Shown here: positions 19,753 to 29,936 of the stretch, one piece after another | Layout of the letters: each line of letters opens with the position of its first letter | Position numbering within the stretch: position 1 is the stretch's first letter | DNA from: an uncultured Acetatifactor sp. | Lineage (GTDB): Bacteria; Bacillota; Clostridia; Lachnospirales; Lachnospiraceae | Direction of reading: 5' to 3' | Length of the DNA stretch: 64,000 bases | Assembly: GCA_947595925.1 (NCBI GenBank) | Contig: CANQEV010000006.1 | Coordinates: 12,220 to 76,219 of the forward strand | Notes under the pieces: model-generated | What the model was told of the DNA's origin: nothing | Seen by the model: the letters and a program-made list of their open reading frames with translations, nothing else | The model's database searches: none | Translations under genes and position numbers: made by a program

Positions 19753-21228
19753 ATGAGGGAAGTTTTTTTAGTGATCGCCGTGCTGCTTCCTCTGATCGGG
19801 GGCGCAGGGATTTCTGTCATCCCCTGGAAAAAGAGGGGCGCGATGATGGTATACACAGAAGGCGTGGTTCTGCTGACCTCTGCGCTGGCCTTTCTTCTGA
19901 TCCTGAACAGGCCCGCCGGAGCGTTCACGCTGTTCCGGTTTACCGGGCAGCTCAGCATCAGTTTTCGGCTGGACGCCGTGGGAAGCGTGTTCACCGCGCT
20001 CGTCGCCTTTCTCTGGCCGCTGGCCACCCTGTATTCCTTTGAGTATATGACCCATGAGAAGCACGAGAAGGTCTTCTTTATGTTCTATGTGATGACCTAC
20101 GGGGTGACGCTGGGGATCTCCATGGCGGAGGATCTGGTGACGCTGTATTTCTTTTATGAGATGCTCACCCTTGTGACGGTGCCCCTGGTCATGCACACGC
20201 TGACGAAAGAGGCGATCCGCGCCGGAAGGACTTATCTCTGGTATTCCCTGGGGGGCGCGGCCTTCGCCTTTATCGGCATGATCTTTATCCTGGTGTATGG
20301 AAACACGGCGGATTTCACTCCCGGGGGCGTGCTGGATGCGGCTGCATTAGGGGATAAGCGTGGACTGATGCTGCTGATTTACGTGATCTGCTTCTGCGGC
20401 TTCAGCGTGAAGGCGGCGATGTTCCCCTTCAGCGCATGGCTTCCCAAGGCCGGCGTTGCGCCCACGCCGGTGACAGCCCTTCTGCACGCTGTGGCGGTTG
20501 TAAAGGCGGGGGCTTTCGCCAATATCCGCGTGACCTACTTTATCTTCGGCACGGCGCTCCTTAGAGGCACCTGGGCCCAGAAGGTGCTGACGGCGCTGAC
20601 GATCTTTACGATAGTTTATGGCTGCAGCAGGGCGCTGAAGGAGACTCATCTCAAGCGCCGGCTGGCATGGTCCACGGTGAGCAATCTCTCGTACATTTTA
20701 TTCGGCGTGACTATGATGTCCCCCCTGGGGCTCATGGGAGCGCTCTGTCATATGGTGTGCCACGCGGTGATGAAGATCTGTTCTTTCTTCTGCGCGGGGG
20801 CGGTGATCTATCGGACGGAGCGGACCTATGTGCACCAGCTGGACGGCCTGGGGAGAAAGATGCCCGCGGTCTTTCTGCTCTTTACGGTCTCCGGGATGGC
20901 CCTCATGGGAGTGCCGGGGCTCACGGGCTTTGTCAGCAAGTGGTACCTTGCCAAGGCCGCGGTGGCGGAGGGCGGGCTCCTTTCCTATCTGGGCATCGCG
21001 GCGCTGATGATTTCGGCGCTCCTCACGGCGGTCTATATGCTGGGCATTTCGGTGAGGGCCTTTTTCCCGGGACAGGATTTTCGCTATGACAGTCTGGGGG
21101 AGGTCTCGGACCCGGGGTGGAAGATGCTGCTTCCCCTGTGGATCTTCGCGGCGGTGATGGTCCTGATCGGGCTTCGTCCGGAGCTCCTGACGGATCTGAT
21201 CGGGGATGTGGTCTATTCGGCGTTTTAG
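19753..21228 (+). CDS. mrpD: Antiporter-like subunit (MrpD/NuoM family), copy 3
   Basis: 491 aa; PFSAWLPKAGVAPTPVTA and AWSTVSNLSY. RBS AAGGAGG upstream. Confidence 0.9.
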   Translation: MREVFLVIAVLLPLIGGAGISVIPWKKRGAMMVYTEGVVLLTSALAFLLILNRPAGAFTLFRFTGQLSISFRLDAVGSVFTALVAFLWPLATLYSFEYMTHEKHEKVFFMFYVMTYGVTLGISMAEDLVTLYFFYEMLTLVTVPLVMHTLTKEAIRAGRTYLWYSLGGAAFAFIGMIFILVYGNTADFTPGGVLDAAALGDKRGLMLLIYVICFCGFSVKAAMFPFSAWLPKAGVAPTPVTALLHAVAVVKAGAFANIRVTYFIFGTALLRGTWAQKVLTALTIFTIVYGCSRALKETHLKRRLAWSTVSNLSYILFGVTMMSPLGLMGALCHMVCHAVMKICSFFCAGAVIYRTERTYVHQLDGLGRKMPAVFLLFTVSGMALMGVPGLTGFVSKWYLAKAAVAEGGLLSYLGIAALMISALLTAVYMLGISVRAFFPGQDFRYDSLGEVSDPGWKMLLPLWIFAAVMVLIGLRPELLTDLIGDVVYSAF

Positions 21229-21239
21229 GAGGCATTGCA

Positions 21240-23291
21240 ATGGGTGGGATCTTATACTTTCTGATATTCGGGCCATTTCTCGGGGCGGCGGTCACCGCCT
21301 GCCTGGGGGAGAAGAGAGAGCGGGCCAGGGTGGTTTTCGCGGATCTGTTTCTGGTGCTGGAGTTTGGACTGGCGGTGTATCTGACCGCGCGGAATGCCGG
21401 GGGCCTTGCGGCCGGAGGCACGATCCGGGCGTATGTCAGGGATCTCTGCGGCTTCGGGCTGAGCTTTCAGCTGGACGGTTTCCGGGGGCTGTACGGGATC
21501 ATCACGGCCTTTATGTGGCTGGCGGCCACGGTTTTTTCCAGGGCCTATTTTCAGGGGCATTCGAATAAAATGCGCTTTTACGCATTCCTGCTGCTGACCC
21601 TCGGAGCCACCATGGGCGTCTTTTTCTCCCAGGACCTCTTTACGCTCTTTCTGTTTTTTGAGATCATGTCCTTTACTTCCTATGTGTGGGTGGCCCAGGA
21701 GGAATCCCGGGAGGCCCTGAAGTCGGCGGGCACTTACCTGGCGGTGGCGGTGATCGGCGGCATGGTCCTGCTCATGGGATTGTTTCTATTGTATCATGAG
21801 CTGGGGACGCTGGATTTTGACGGGATCCGGACGGCCGCTCAGGTCTGCCGAAACCAGGAACTTTTGTTTGCGGCCGGGATCTGTATGCTCGTGGGATTCG
21901 GGGCGAAGGCGGGTGCTTTTCCCCTGCACATCTGGCTCCCCAAGGCCCATCCCGTGGCACCGGCACCGGCCTCCGCGCTCCTGTCCGGGATTTTGACAAA
22001 GACGGGGATCTTTGGTATATTGGTGATATCTGTCAGGTTGTTTTCGGGGGACGGAACCTGGGGGAGGATCCTTTTGATGATCGGCGTCCTCACGATGTTT
22101 TTGGGAGCCCTGCTGGCGGTCTTTTCCGTGGATTTAAAGAGGACCCTGGCCTGTTCCTCCATGTCCCAGATCGGCTTTATCCTCGTAGGCGCGGGAATGA
22201 TGACGCTTCTGGGAGAGGGAAACGGCGTCGCCGCCCGTGGAGTTTTCCTCCACATGGCGAACCACTCCCTGATCAAATTATTGCTCTTTCTGGCGGCGGG
22301 AGCGATCTTTCAGAATACTCACGGGCTGGACATAAACCGGATCCGGGGCTTTGGGCGGAAAAAGCCTCTTTTGAAGATCCTGTTCCTGATCGGAGGTCTG
22401 GCGATTTCGGGGATCCCTCTGTTTGGGGGCTATGTCAGCAAAACCCTGCTGCATGAGAGCATCCTGGCCTATGGGAGCGCGCCCTGGATCCGGGGAGTGG
22501 AGATCGTCTTTCTGTTGAGCGGCGGTCTGACCCTGGCCTATATGACGAAATTGTTTGCGGCGATCTTCATCGAAAAAAATGCGGACGCCGGGGTCCAGGC
22601 GATTTATGATCGGAAAAAGCAATATCTGCGTTTTGACAACGGCGCGGCGCTTACAGTCAGCGGGGCAGCGCTGTTTGTGTGGGGGCTTTTCCCTCATGGG
22701 CTGATGGAACGGGCGGCTGGTTTTGCACAGGGCTTCTTAGGCGTATCGGAAACCGCCGGGGAAGCGGCGGCATACTTTTCCTGGGAAAGCTTGCAGGGAG
22801 CCGTGGTGACGCTGGCGGTGGGGGCTGTGGTCTATTTTGGCGGCATCCGGGTCTTTCTCTATGACAGGAAGAGCGGCTACAAGAACTGCTGGCCCAGGCG
22901 TCTGGATCTGGAGGAGCTGGTCTATCGTCCGCTGGTGCTTAAGGGCCTTCCCCTGGTGGGCGGCGTGGCCTCCCGGATCCTGGACAGCCTTGTGGACGGA
23001 ATGGCGGAGATCCTGCGGAGGACCCTGCTCCGGGATTCCCCCCTGCCGGCGGAGAGGGCGGAGGGCAATCTTCTCACGGAGACGGCCGGGCGGTTTGCCA
23101 ACGCCTTCTGCCGTCTGCGGAACCGGTTTTCGGGCCGGGAGCCGGAACCGGGCAGGGATTATGTGCATGTCTTTGCCATGAAACACATGGAGCTGAGAGA
23201 GGACGGCGACATCATCTCCAGGAGCTTATCCTTCGGGCTGATGCTCTTTGGGATCGGACTGTGCGCTACTTTGATCTACATTTTGCTTTGA
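21240..23291 (+). CDS. NuoL/MrpA-like large antiporter-like subunit
   Basis: 683 aa from the ATG at 21240 (RBS AGGAGG); PLHIWLPKAHPVAPAPASA. A long C-terminal hydrophilic/amphipathic stretch ends in one TM (LSFGLMLFGIGLCATLIYILL), as in the NuoL lateral helix plus anchor. The listed upstream extension overlaps copy 3. Confidence 0.85.
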   Translation: MGGILYFLIFGPFLGAAVTACLGEKRERARVVFADLFLVLEFGLAVYLTARNAGGLAAGGTIRAYVRDLCGFGLSFQLDGFRGLYGIITAFMWLAATVFSRAYFQGHSNKMRFYAFLLLTLGATMGVFFSQDLFTLFLFFEIMSFTSYVWVAQEESREALKSAGTYLAVAVIGGMVLLMGLFLLYHELGTLDFDGIRTAAQVCRNQELLFAAGICMLVGFGAKAGAFPLHIWLPKAHPVAPAPASALLSGILTKTGIFGILVISVRLFSGDGTWGRILLMIGVLTMFLGALLAVFSVDLKRTLACSSMSQIGFILVGAGMMTLLGEGNGVAARGVFLHMANHSLIKLLLFLAAGAIFQNTHGLDINRIRGFGRKKPLLKILFLIGGLAISGIPLFGGYVSKTLLHESILAYGSAPWIRGVEIVFLLSGGLTLAYMTKLFAAIFIEKNADAGVQAIYDRKKQYLRFDNGAALTVSGAALFVWGLFPHGLMERAAGFAQGFLGVSETAGEAAAYFSWESLQGAVVTLAVGAVVYFGGIRVFLYDRKSGYKNCWPRRLDLEELVYRPLVLKGLPLVGGVASRILDSLVDGMAEILRRTLLRDSPLPAERAEGNLLTETAGRFANAFCRLRNRFSGREPEPGRDYVHVFAMKHMELREDGDIISRSLSFGLMLFGIGLCATLIYILL

Positions 23292-23339
23292 CTTTTCATT
23301 CCATCCTGATCAAAGGATGGCGATCTTGCGGAGAAAAGA

Positions 23340-24767
23340 ATGGAACAGAGGACAAGGGGAACTTTTCCCTGGAGGGAATTTCTGAAGAATCTGGCGGTGA
23401 TCGCCATACCCATCGCCGTGCAGAACCTGCTGACCACCACGGCCAGCATGGTGGACACGATGATGGTGGCGCCCCTGGGGGAATTGTCCGTGGGGGCCCT
23501 GGGGCTCTGCGCCCAGTTTTCCTCCCTGATGTTTTCGGGCTACTGGGGCTTTGTGGGCGGGGGCATGCTGTTCTTTTCGCAGTATTACGGCGCGAAAGAG
23601 GACGACGGCATCGAGAGGGCCTACGGCATGACCTGGGCGTGCATGATGACCGTGGCGACGGTGTTCGGCTGTCTTGCCATCTTTGCCCCGGAATTTGTCA
23701 TGGGGATCTATACGGATAAGGCGGTGATCCAGGAGATTGGCGTGAACTATCTGCGGATCGTGGGATTCGCCTATTTCTTTCAGGTGTTCTCCATGGCCAT
23801 GAGCTGCCTTCTGCGCTCCACGGAGAGGGTGCGGATCCCCCTCATCGCCTCCGTGGCCTCCGTCGGCGCCAATCTCTTCTTAAACTGGGTGTTCATCTAC
23901 GGAAACCTCGGCGCTCCGGCCATGGGGATCCGGGGGGCGGCCCTTGCCACCACCTGCGCGGCTGTGATCAATCTCCTGACCATTTATCTCCTGGCCTGGA
24001 AGACGAATTTCCACTATCTGTTTCATGTCCGGGGGCATTTCCGTTGGAACGCGGAATTTGTCAGATCGTATTTTGTCAAGTGTTTTCCGATCCTATGCAA
24101 CGAGATCCTGATCGGCGTGGGAAACATGGTCATCAATGTCACCCTGGGACGGCAGTCGGAGCAGGTCATCGCGGCCCTGGCGGTCTTTCGGACCCTGGAG
24201 GGTCTTATCATCGGCTTTTTTGCGGGCTTTTCCAACGCGGCCTCCATTCTGGTGGGAACCTGCGTGGGAGCGGGAGAGCTGGATACGGCCTTTGAGAGGG
24301 CAAAGCGGCTGGTATATCTGTGCAGCGGCGTGATCGCGGGCGTGAACGTCCTTCTGCTTATGGTCCACGGACCGATCCTGCGGGGCATGAGCCTGGAGGG
24401 GGCGTCCTACAAGGCGGGGACGACGTTCCTGATCTTCTTTGCAGTGATCTCGGTGATCCGCATGGGAAACTGGATCCAGAACGACACCTACCGGGCCTCG
24501 GGAGATGCGGTGTACGGGACCACCCTGGAGATCGTGTTCATGTACGTCATGACCCTTCCCTGCGTCCTGCTGTCCGGCTTTGTCCTGCACCTTCCCTACT
24601 GGGCGATTTTCCTATGCTGTTACATTGACGAACCGGTGCGATACGTCCTGATGCAGATACACCTTTATTCCGGGAAATGGATCCGGCCTGTGACGGGACC
24701 GGGCCGGGCGGCGCTGCCGGAGTTTTCCCGAAAGCATGGACGCCGCGTGCAAGAGGAAAAAGCCTGA
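23340..24767 (+). CDS. MATE family efflux transporter
   Basis: 12-TM profile and the N-terminal MATE pattern AIPIAVQNLLTTTASMVDTMMV. Starts 48 nt after the NuoL-like gene. Confidence 0.9.
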   Translation: MEQRTRGTFPWREFLKNLAVIAIPIAVQNLLTTTASMVDTMMVAPLGELSVGALGLCAQFSSLMFSGYWGFVGGGMLFFSQYYGAKEDDGIERAYGMTWACMMTVATVFGCLAIFAPEFVMGIYTDKAVIQEIGVNYLRIVGFAYFFQVFSMAMSCLLRSTERVRIPLIASVASVGANLFLNWVFIYGNLGAPAMGIRGAALATTCAAVINLLTIYLLAWKTNFHYLFHVRGHFRWNAEFVRSYFVKCFPILCNEILIGVGNMVINVTLGRQSEQVIAALAVFRTLEGLIIGFFAGFSNAASILVGTCVGAGELDTAFERAKRLVYLCSGVIAGVNVLLLMVHGPILRGMSLEGASYKAGTTFLIFFAVISVIRMGNWIQNDTYRASGDAVYGTTLEIVFMYVMTLPCVLLSGFVLHLPYWAIFLCCYIDEPVRYVLMQIHLYSGKWIRPVTGPGRAALPEFSRKHGRRVQEEKA

Positions 24768-24822
24768 GGATAATAGCTCCCTTTGAATTTGGAAGATTTG
24801 AATCCGGAAGACTTTTTAAGGC

Positions 24823-24852
24823 TTGCGGAATGTGGGGCGATTGTGGTATAAT
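24823..24852 (+). promoter_or_regulatory. Extended -10 SigA-type promoter
   Basis: TTGCGG (24823-24828), 18-nt spacer, TGgTATAAT (24844-24852). Confidence 0.55.
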
Positions 24853-24889
24853 CGACACGATATCATTTTCGATCAAAAACATTGGGAGA

Positions 24890-24917
24890 GGTTCTGTCAT
24901 TATATGGTGACAGAACC
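24890..24917 (+). promoter_or_regulatory. Perfect 10-bp hairpin in the MBOAT leader
   Basis: GGTTCTGTCA (24890-24899), 8-nt loop, TGACAGAACC (24908-24917). It ends 1 nt before the GAGGAA RBS. Confidence 0.45.
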
Positions 24918-24932
24918 GAGGAAACTGGCAGA

Positions 24933-26417
24933 ATGATTTTTAATTCCATTGACTTTTGGATTTTTTTCCCTATTGTGACATTGATTTATGCCGTCATCCC
25001 CAGAAAGCTGAGGTGTGTCTGGCTGCTGGTTGCCAGCTATTATTTTTATATGTGCTGGAATGCCAAATATGCGGCCCTGATTGTTTTTTCCACCGTGGTT
25101 ACCTATGCGGCAGGTCTATTGATCGAAAAGCTGAAGAGCAGAAATGCGAAGAAATGGGTGATGTTTGGCGGTTTTGCCCTGAATCTGGGCGTCCTGTTTT
25201 TCTTTAAGTATTTTGATTTTGCCTTGAACAATCTCAACAAGGTTCTGGCTGCTTTCTCCATTCAGGTGATACAAAACCCATTTGACATTCTTCTTCCTGT
25301 GGGAATCTCTTTTTATACTTTTCAGGCGCTGGGATATATGGTGGACGTGTATAGGGGAGACTGCAGAGCGGAACGCAATTTCCTGCAGTATGCCCTCTTT
25401 GTCTCCTTTTTCGCGCAGCTGGTCGCCGGTCCCATTGAGAGAAGCAAAAATCTTTTTCGGCAGATTCATGAGGTGAAAGAAAAAAGGCTCATGTCCCCGG
25501 CGGCGATGACCCAGGGCTTTATCATGATGCTGTGGGGCATGTTTATGAAAATGGTGATTGCGGACAGGGTAGCCCTTTTTGTAAATGGGGTGTTTGAACA
25601 ATACTACGCGATTGGTACGGTCGAGGCCGTACTGGGCGCGGTTGGGTTCGCCATACAGATTTATTGTGACTTTGGCGGATATTCGGCCATCGCGATCGGG
25701 GCTGCCAAAGTAATGGGCTTCGACCTGATGGAAAATTTCAACACGCCGTATTTTGCCACGAGCATCGCGGATTTCTGGAGAAGATGGCATATCTCCCTCA
25801 GCACCTGGTTCCGGGATTATCTCTATATTCCTCTGGGCGGGAACCGCAAATCAAGGTTTCGAAAATATGTGAACCTGATGATAACTTTTATATGCAGCGG
25901 TTTATGGCATGGCGCGGCGTGGACCTATGTGGCATGGGGGACGATTCATGGGTTTTACCGAGTGGCCGGTGATCTTCTGAAACCGATTCGCGAGAAAGTG
26001 CTGAATCTGCTTCGGGTCAAGAGGGACGTGTTCAGTTTTCGGCTGGGTCAAATGGCAGTCACCTTTGCGCTGACGTCCTTTGCCTGGATCTTTTTCCGGG
26101 CGGAGTCCATAGACAGGGCGGTCCTTTATGTCAAAAATCTCTTCCTCAGGTGGAATCCCTGGGTGATTTTTGATGAGAGCCTTTTTAGCTATGGGATTGA
26201 CAGGCGGGAACATCTGATCCTGCTGGCTGCCCTGCTGATTCTTGTCATTGTGGACGTTGTGAGATATTGGAAGGGCGTTAACCTGGGAGAAGTCCTCTGC
26301 AGGCAGAATCTCGTTTTTCGCTGGCTGGTAATGTATGGTTTAGCGCTTGCAGTGATCGTTTACGGAGTGTATGGCGTTGATTTTGATTCCAGCCAGTTCA
26401 TATACTTTAATTTTTAA
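24933..26417 (+). CDS. MBOAT family O-acyltransferase (DltB/AlgI/PatA-like)
   Basis: ISFYTFQALGYMVDVYRG, FWRRWHISLSTWFRDYLYIPLGGNR and the conserved His in WHG. ATG at 24933 is preferred because the GTG extension would be translated through the leader hairpin. Confidence 0.88.
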   Translation: MIFNSIDFWIFFPIVTLIYAVIPRKLRCVWLLVASYYFYMCWNAKYAALIVFSTVVTYAAGLLIEKLKSRNAKKWVMFGGFALNLGVLFFFKYFDFALNNLNKVLAAFSIQVIQNPFDILLPVGISFYTFQALGYMVDVYRGDCRAERNFLQYALFVSFFAQLVAGPIERSKNLFRQIHEVKEKRLMSPAAMTQGFIMMLWGMFMKMVIADRVALFVNGVFEQYYAIGTVEAVLGAVGFAIQIYCDFGGYSAIAIGAAKVMGFDLMENFNTPYFATSIADFWRRWHISLSTWFRDYLYIPLGGNRKSRFRKYVNLMITFICSGLWHGAAWTYVAWGTIHGFYRVAGDLLKPIREKVLNLLRVKRDVFSFRLGQMAVTFALTSFAWIFFRAESIDRAVLYVKNLFLRWNPWVIFDESLFSYGIDRREHLILLAALLILVIVDVVRYWKGVNLGEVLCRQNLVFRWLVMYGLALAVIVYGVYGVDFDSSQFIYFNF

Positions 26418-26448
26418 CGGGACGGGCATATAAAGCAAGGAGGTTTTC

Positions 26449-27540
26449 ATGTCAAAGAAAGCATTGATCACCGGTGTTACCGGTCAGGATGGTTCCTATT
26501 TATCTGAGTTCCTGCTGGAAAAAGGCTATGAAGTTTATGGCCTGATCCGGCGTTCCTCGGTGGACTATCGGGAGAGGATTTTTCATCTGGAAGGCAATCC
26601 CCGCTTTCACCTGCTCTATGGTGATCTCGGCGATTCCATCAGCCTGGTAAAGGCAGTTGGATTGGCGAGACCGGATGAAATCTATAATTTGGCGGCGCAG
26701 AGTCATGTTCAGGTGTCCTTTGACGTCCCGGAATATACGGCGGACGTGGTCGCCACCGGCGTGCTTCGGCTGCTGGAGGCGGTTCGGGCCTGCGGCCTGG
26801 AAAAAAGCTGCAGGATTTATCAGGCAAGCACCTCGGAGCTTTACGGCAAGGTGGAGGAGGTTCCGCAGAGCGAGACGACGCCCTTTCATCCATACAGCCC
26901 CTACGCGGTTGCAAAACAATACGGTTTCTGGATCGTGAAGGAATATCGGGAAGCCTACGGCATGTTCTGCTGTTCCGGTATCCTGTTTAACCATGAGAGC
27001 GAGAGAAGGGGAGAGACCTTTGTGACGAGAAAGATTTCTTTGGCGGCGGCACGGATTGCCCAGGGCAAACAGGACAAGCTCTATCTCGGCAACCTGGATT
27101 CCCTTCGGGACTGGGGATATGCAAAGGATTACGTAGAGTGCATGTGGCTGATGCTTCAGAACGATGAGCCGGAAGATTTCGTGATCGCCACCGGCGTACA
27201 GCATTCTGTCAGGGAGTTTGCAACCCTTGCTTTCCGATATGCCGGCATCGAATTGGAATGGCAGGGCGCGGGACGGCAGGAGAAGGGAGTGGACAAGGCC
27301 ACAGGAAGGGTGCTTGTGGAGGTGTCGGAGGACTTTTACAGGCCGACGGACGTCGTAAATCTTCTGGGAGATCCGACCAAGGCAAGGACGGAACTGGGCT
27401 GGAATCCCACAAAAACCAGCTTTGAGGAGCTGGTGGAGCGGATGGTAAAGCACGATATGGAGAAGGTTGCCGTGGAGCGCGCGGAGGAGCATATCCGCAC
27501 GAACCTGGTGGAATATCTGGAAAAGGGAATTGTGAAATAG
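26449..27540 (+). CDS. gmd: GDP-mannose 4,6-dehydratase
   Basis: [40 protein letters not shown] and NHESERRG. Confidence 0.95.
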   Translation: MSKKALITGVTGQDGSYLSEFLLEKGYEVYGLIRRSSVDYRERIFHLEGNPRFHLLYGDLGDSISLVKAVGLARPDEIYNLAAQSHVQVSFDVPEYTADVVATGVLRLLEAVRACGLEKSCRIYQASTSELYGKVEEVPQSETTPFHPYSPYAVAKQYGFWIVKEYREAYGMFCCSGILFNHESERRGETFVTRKISLAAARIAQGKQDKLYLGNLDSLRDWGYAKDYVECMWLMLQNDEPEDFVIATGVQHSVREFATLAFRYAGIELEWQGAGRQEKGVDKATGRVLVEVSEDFYRPTDVVNLLGDPTKARTELGWNPTKTSFEELVERMVKHDMEKVAVERAEEHIRTNLVEYLEKGIVK

Positions 27541-27577
27541 GAAGACAGATCGAATAGAGAAAGGCACTGAGAGAAAG

Positions 27578-28519
27578 ATGGAGAAAAATGCGAAGATCTA
27601 TGTGGCGGGCCACAGGGGAATGGTGGGTTCCGCCATCGTGCGGGAGCTGAACCGCCAGGGATACACGAATATTGTGACAAGAACCCATAAAGAGCTGGAT
27701 CTGTGCAGGCAGGAGGCGGTGGAGGCTTTTTTTGAAGAGGAAAAGCCGGAGTACGTCTTTCTTGCCGCGGCGAAGGTGGGAGGGATCGAGGCAAATGCGG
27801 AAGCCCTTGCCGATTTTCTGTACGACAACATGATCCTGGAGATGAACGTGATCCATTCCGCCTGGAAGAACAACTGCAAAAAGCTGGAATTTCTGGGATC
27901 CTCGTGCATATATCCCAGACTGGCTCCCCAGCCCATGCCGGAAAGCTGCCTGTTGACAGGAGAGCTGGAGAAGACAAATGAAGCGTATGCTCTGGCAAAA
28001 ATTTCCGGGCTGAAATACTGCGAGTTTTTAAACCGCCAGTATGGCACGGATTATATCTCCGTGATGCCTACGAACCTCTATGGGCCGAATGACAATTACC
28101 ACCCCACCCATTCCCATGTGCTCCCGGCCCTGATCCGGCGTTTTCATGAGGCGAAAACGGAGGGAAAGGAATGCGTCACCTGCTGGGGGGACGGCAGTCC
28201 GCTGAGGGAATTCCTGTATGTCGACGATCTGGCTGATCTCTGTGTCTTCCTTATGAATCATTACAGCGGCAATGAGACGGTAAATGCGGGGACGGGCAAG
28301 GAGCTGAGTATCAGGGAACTGACGGAGCTGGTCGCAAAGGTTGTGGGCTATAAGGGAAGAATCGAATGGGACGTGACGAAACCCAACGGGACGCCCAGAA
28401 AACTTCTGGATGTGAGCAAGGCGGAAAAACTGGGATGGAAGTACAAGACGGAGCTGGAGGATGGAATACGGCTCAGCTATGAAGATTTCCTGCATAATCC
28501 CATGCGGGCGGAAAGATAG
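27578..28519 (+). CDS. fcl: GDP-L-fucose synthase (GDP-4-keto-6-deoxymannose epimerase/reductase)
   Basis: [24 protein letters not shown] and [10 protein letters not shown]. Confidence 0.93.
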   Translation: MEKNAKIYVAGHRGMVGSAIVRELNRQGYTNIVTRTHKELDLCRQEAVEAFFEEEKPEYVFLAAAKVGGIEANAEALADFLYDNMILEMNVIHSAWKNNCKKLEFLGSSCIYPRLAPQPMPESCLLTGELEKTNEAYALAKISGLKYCEFLNRQYGTDYISVMPTNLYGPNDNYHPTHSHVLPALIRRFHEAKTEGKECVTCWGDGSPLREFLYVDDLADLCVFLMNHYSGNETVNAGTGKELSIRELTELVAKVVGYKGRIEWDVTKPNGTPRKLLDVSKAEKLGWKYKTELEDGIRLSYEDFLHNPMRAER

Positions 28520-28564
28520 GAAAGGGACGGTCCTAAAAAAGGAGGACCAACAGGGGCGGATTGT

Positions 28565-29884
28565 ATGAATGTGATCTTATTATCCGGCGGTTCAGGGAAA
28601 CGACTTTGGCCGCTGAGCAACGACGTGCGAAGCAAGCAGTTTCTGAAGCTTTTTCAGGGCGCTGACGGGAATTATGAGTCCATGATACAGAGAATGTATC
28701 GACAAATTCATAAGTTGAATCCGGAGGCAACCGTCACGATCGCCACCAGTGTGAAACAGGTATCTTCCATACACAGCCAGCTTGGCGGGGATGTCAGCCT
28801 TTCTGTGGAACCCAGCCGGAGGGACACGTTCCCGGCCATCGTTTTGGCAGTCGCGTACCTGGTGGACGTCATGGGAATTGACCCGGAGGAATATGTGGTG
28901 GTCTGCCCGGTGGATCCCTATGTGGAGGAGGATTATTTCCGGACCCTGTCCGATCTGGACGGGCAGGCGAGAAAGGGGGAAGCCGAGCTGGTGCTTCTCG
29001 GCATGGAGCCCACTTACCCTTCCGAAAAATATGGGTATATTCTTCCTGAGACGGATGAAAAAATCTCTGCTGTGAAAAGCTTCCGGGAAAAACCGGACGT
29101 TGAAACCGCGCGCAATTATATCAGGCAGGGCGCGCTGTGGAACGGAGGAGTCTTTGCGTTTCAGCTGAAGTATGTGCTGGGAAAGGCTGCGGATCTCCTG
29201 CATTACAAAGGCTATCAGGATTTGTTGGAACGGTATGATTCCCTGCCCCGTATCTCCTTTGACTTTGCCGTAGTGGAGAAGGAACCGCGGATTCAGGTGA
29301 TGCGTTTTTCGGGACTCTGGAAGGATCTGGGGACCTGGAATACCCTGACGGAGGCCATGAACGACAAGGTTATCGGGAAAGGCGTCATGAATGATAACTG
29401 CAGCAACGTTCACATCGTGAATGAGATGGATGTTCCGGTGCTGGCCATGGGGCTGAAGGACGTAGTGATTTCTGCCTCGCCTGATGGCATTCTTGTCAGC
29501 GACAAAGAGCAGAGCTCCTATATCAAGCCTTTCGTGGATGAAATGGACCAGCAGATCATGTTCGCGGAGAAGAGCTGGGGCAGATTTCAGGTGATCGACG
29601 TGGAGAATGGAAGCATGACCATTAAAGTGACGCTCAACGCCGGAAATTCCATGAATTACCACAACCATAAAAACCGTGACGAGGTATGGGTGGCGGTCAG
29701 CGGAGAGGGTCATGCCGTTCTCGATGGCGTAAAGAAAAAAATACGTCCCGGGGACGTGTTGTCTATGCCGGCCGGCTGCAAGCACACGGTCTTTGCGGAT
29801 ACGGAACTGAAGCTGATCGAGGTTCAGATCGGAGATGAAATCAGCGTACAGGACAAGGAAAAGCATCCGCTTTGTCTGAAGTAA
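28565..29884 (+). CDS. manC: Mannose-1-phosphate guanylyltransferase with a C-terminal cupin domain
   Basis: LSGGSGKRLWPLS nucleotidyltransferase motif. The C-terminal cupin reads NYHNHKNRDEVWVAVSGEG. Confidence 0.9.
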   Translation: MNVILLSGGSGKRLWPLSNDVRSKQFLKLFQGADGNYESMIQRMYRQIHKLNPEATVTIATSVKQVSSIHSQLGGDVSLSVEPSRRDTFPAIVLAVAYLVDVMGIDPEEYVVVCPVDPYVEEDYFRTLSDLDGQARKGEAELVLLGMEPTYPSEKYGYILPETDEKISAVKSFREKPDVETARNYIRQGALWNGGVFAFQLKYVLGKAADLLHYKGYQDLLERYDSLPRISFDFAVVEKEPRIQVMRFSGLWKDLGTWNTLTEAMNDKVIGKGVMNDNCSNVHIVNEMDVPVLAMGLKDVVISASPDGILVSDKEQSSYIKPFVDEMDQQIMFAEKSWGRFQVIDVENGSMTIKVTLNAGNSMNYHNHKNRDEVWVAVSGEGHAVLDGVKKKIRPGDVLSMPAGCKHTVFADTELKLIEVQIGDEISVQDKEKHPLCLK

Positions 29885-29936
29885 TGTTTAGATGGACGGC
29901 TGATTTAGTCGATGATCCCTTTTGACTGGAGCGTTT

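Noticed and set aside
21117-21239. Upstream extension of the NuoL-like ORF (listed as 724 aa)
   Set aside because: It overlaps the 3' end of the preceding mrpD copy by 112 nt. The ATG at 21240 has a perfect AGGAGG RBS and yields a hydrophobic N-terminus typical of the family.
24882-24932. GTG-initiated 17-codon extension of the MBOAT ORF
   Set aside because: It would be translated through the perfect leader hairpin and starts only about 25 nt from the predicted transcription start. The ATG at 24933 follows a GAGGAA RBS and begins the hydrophobic MBOAT N-terminus.
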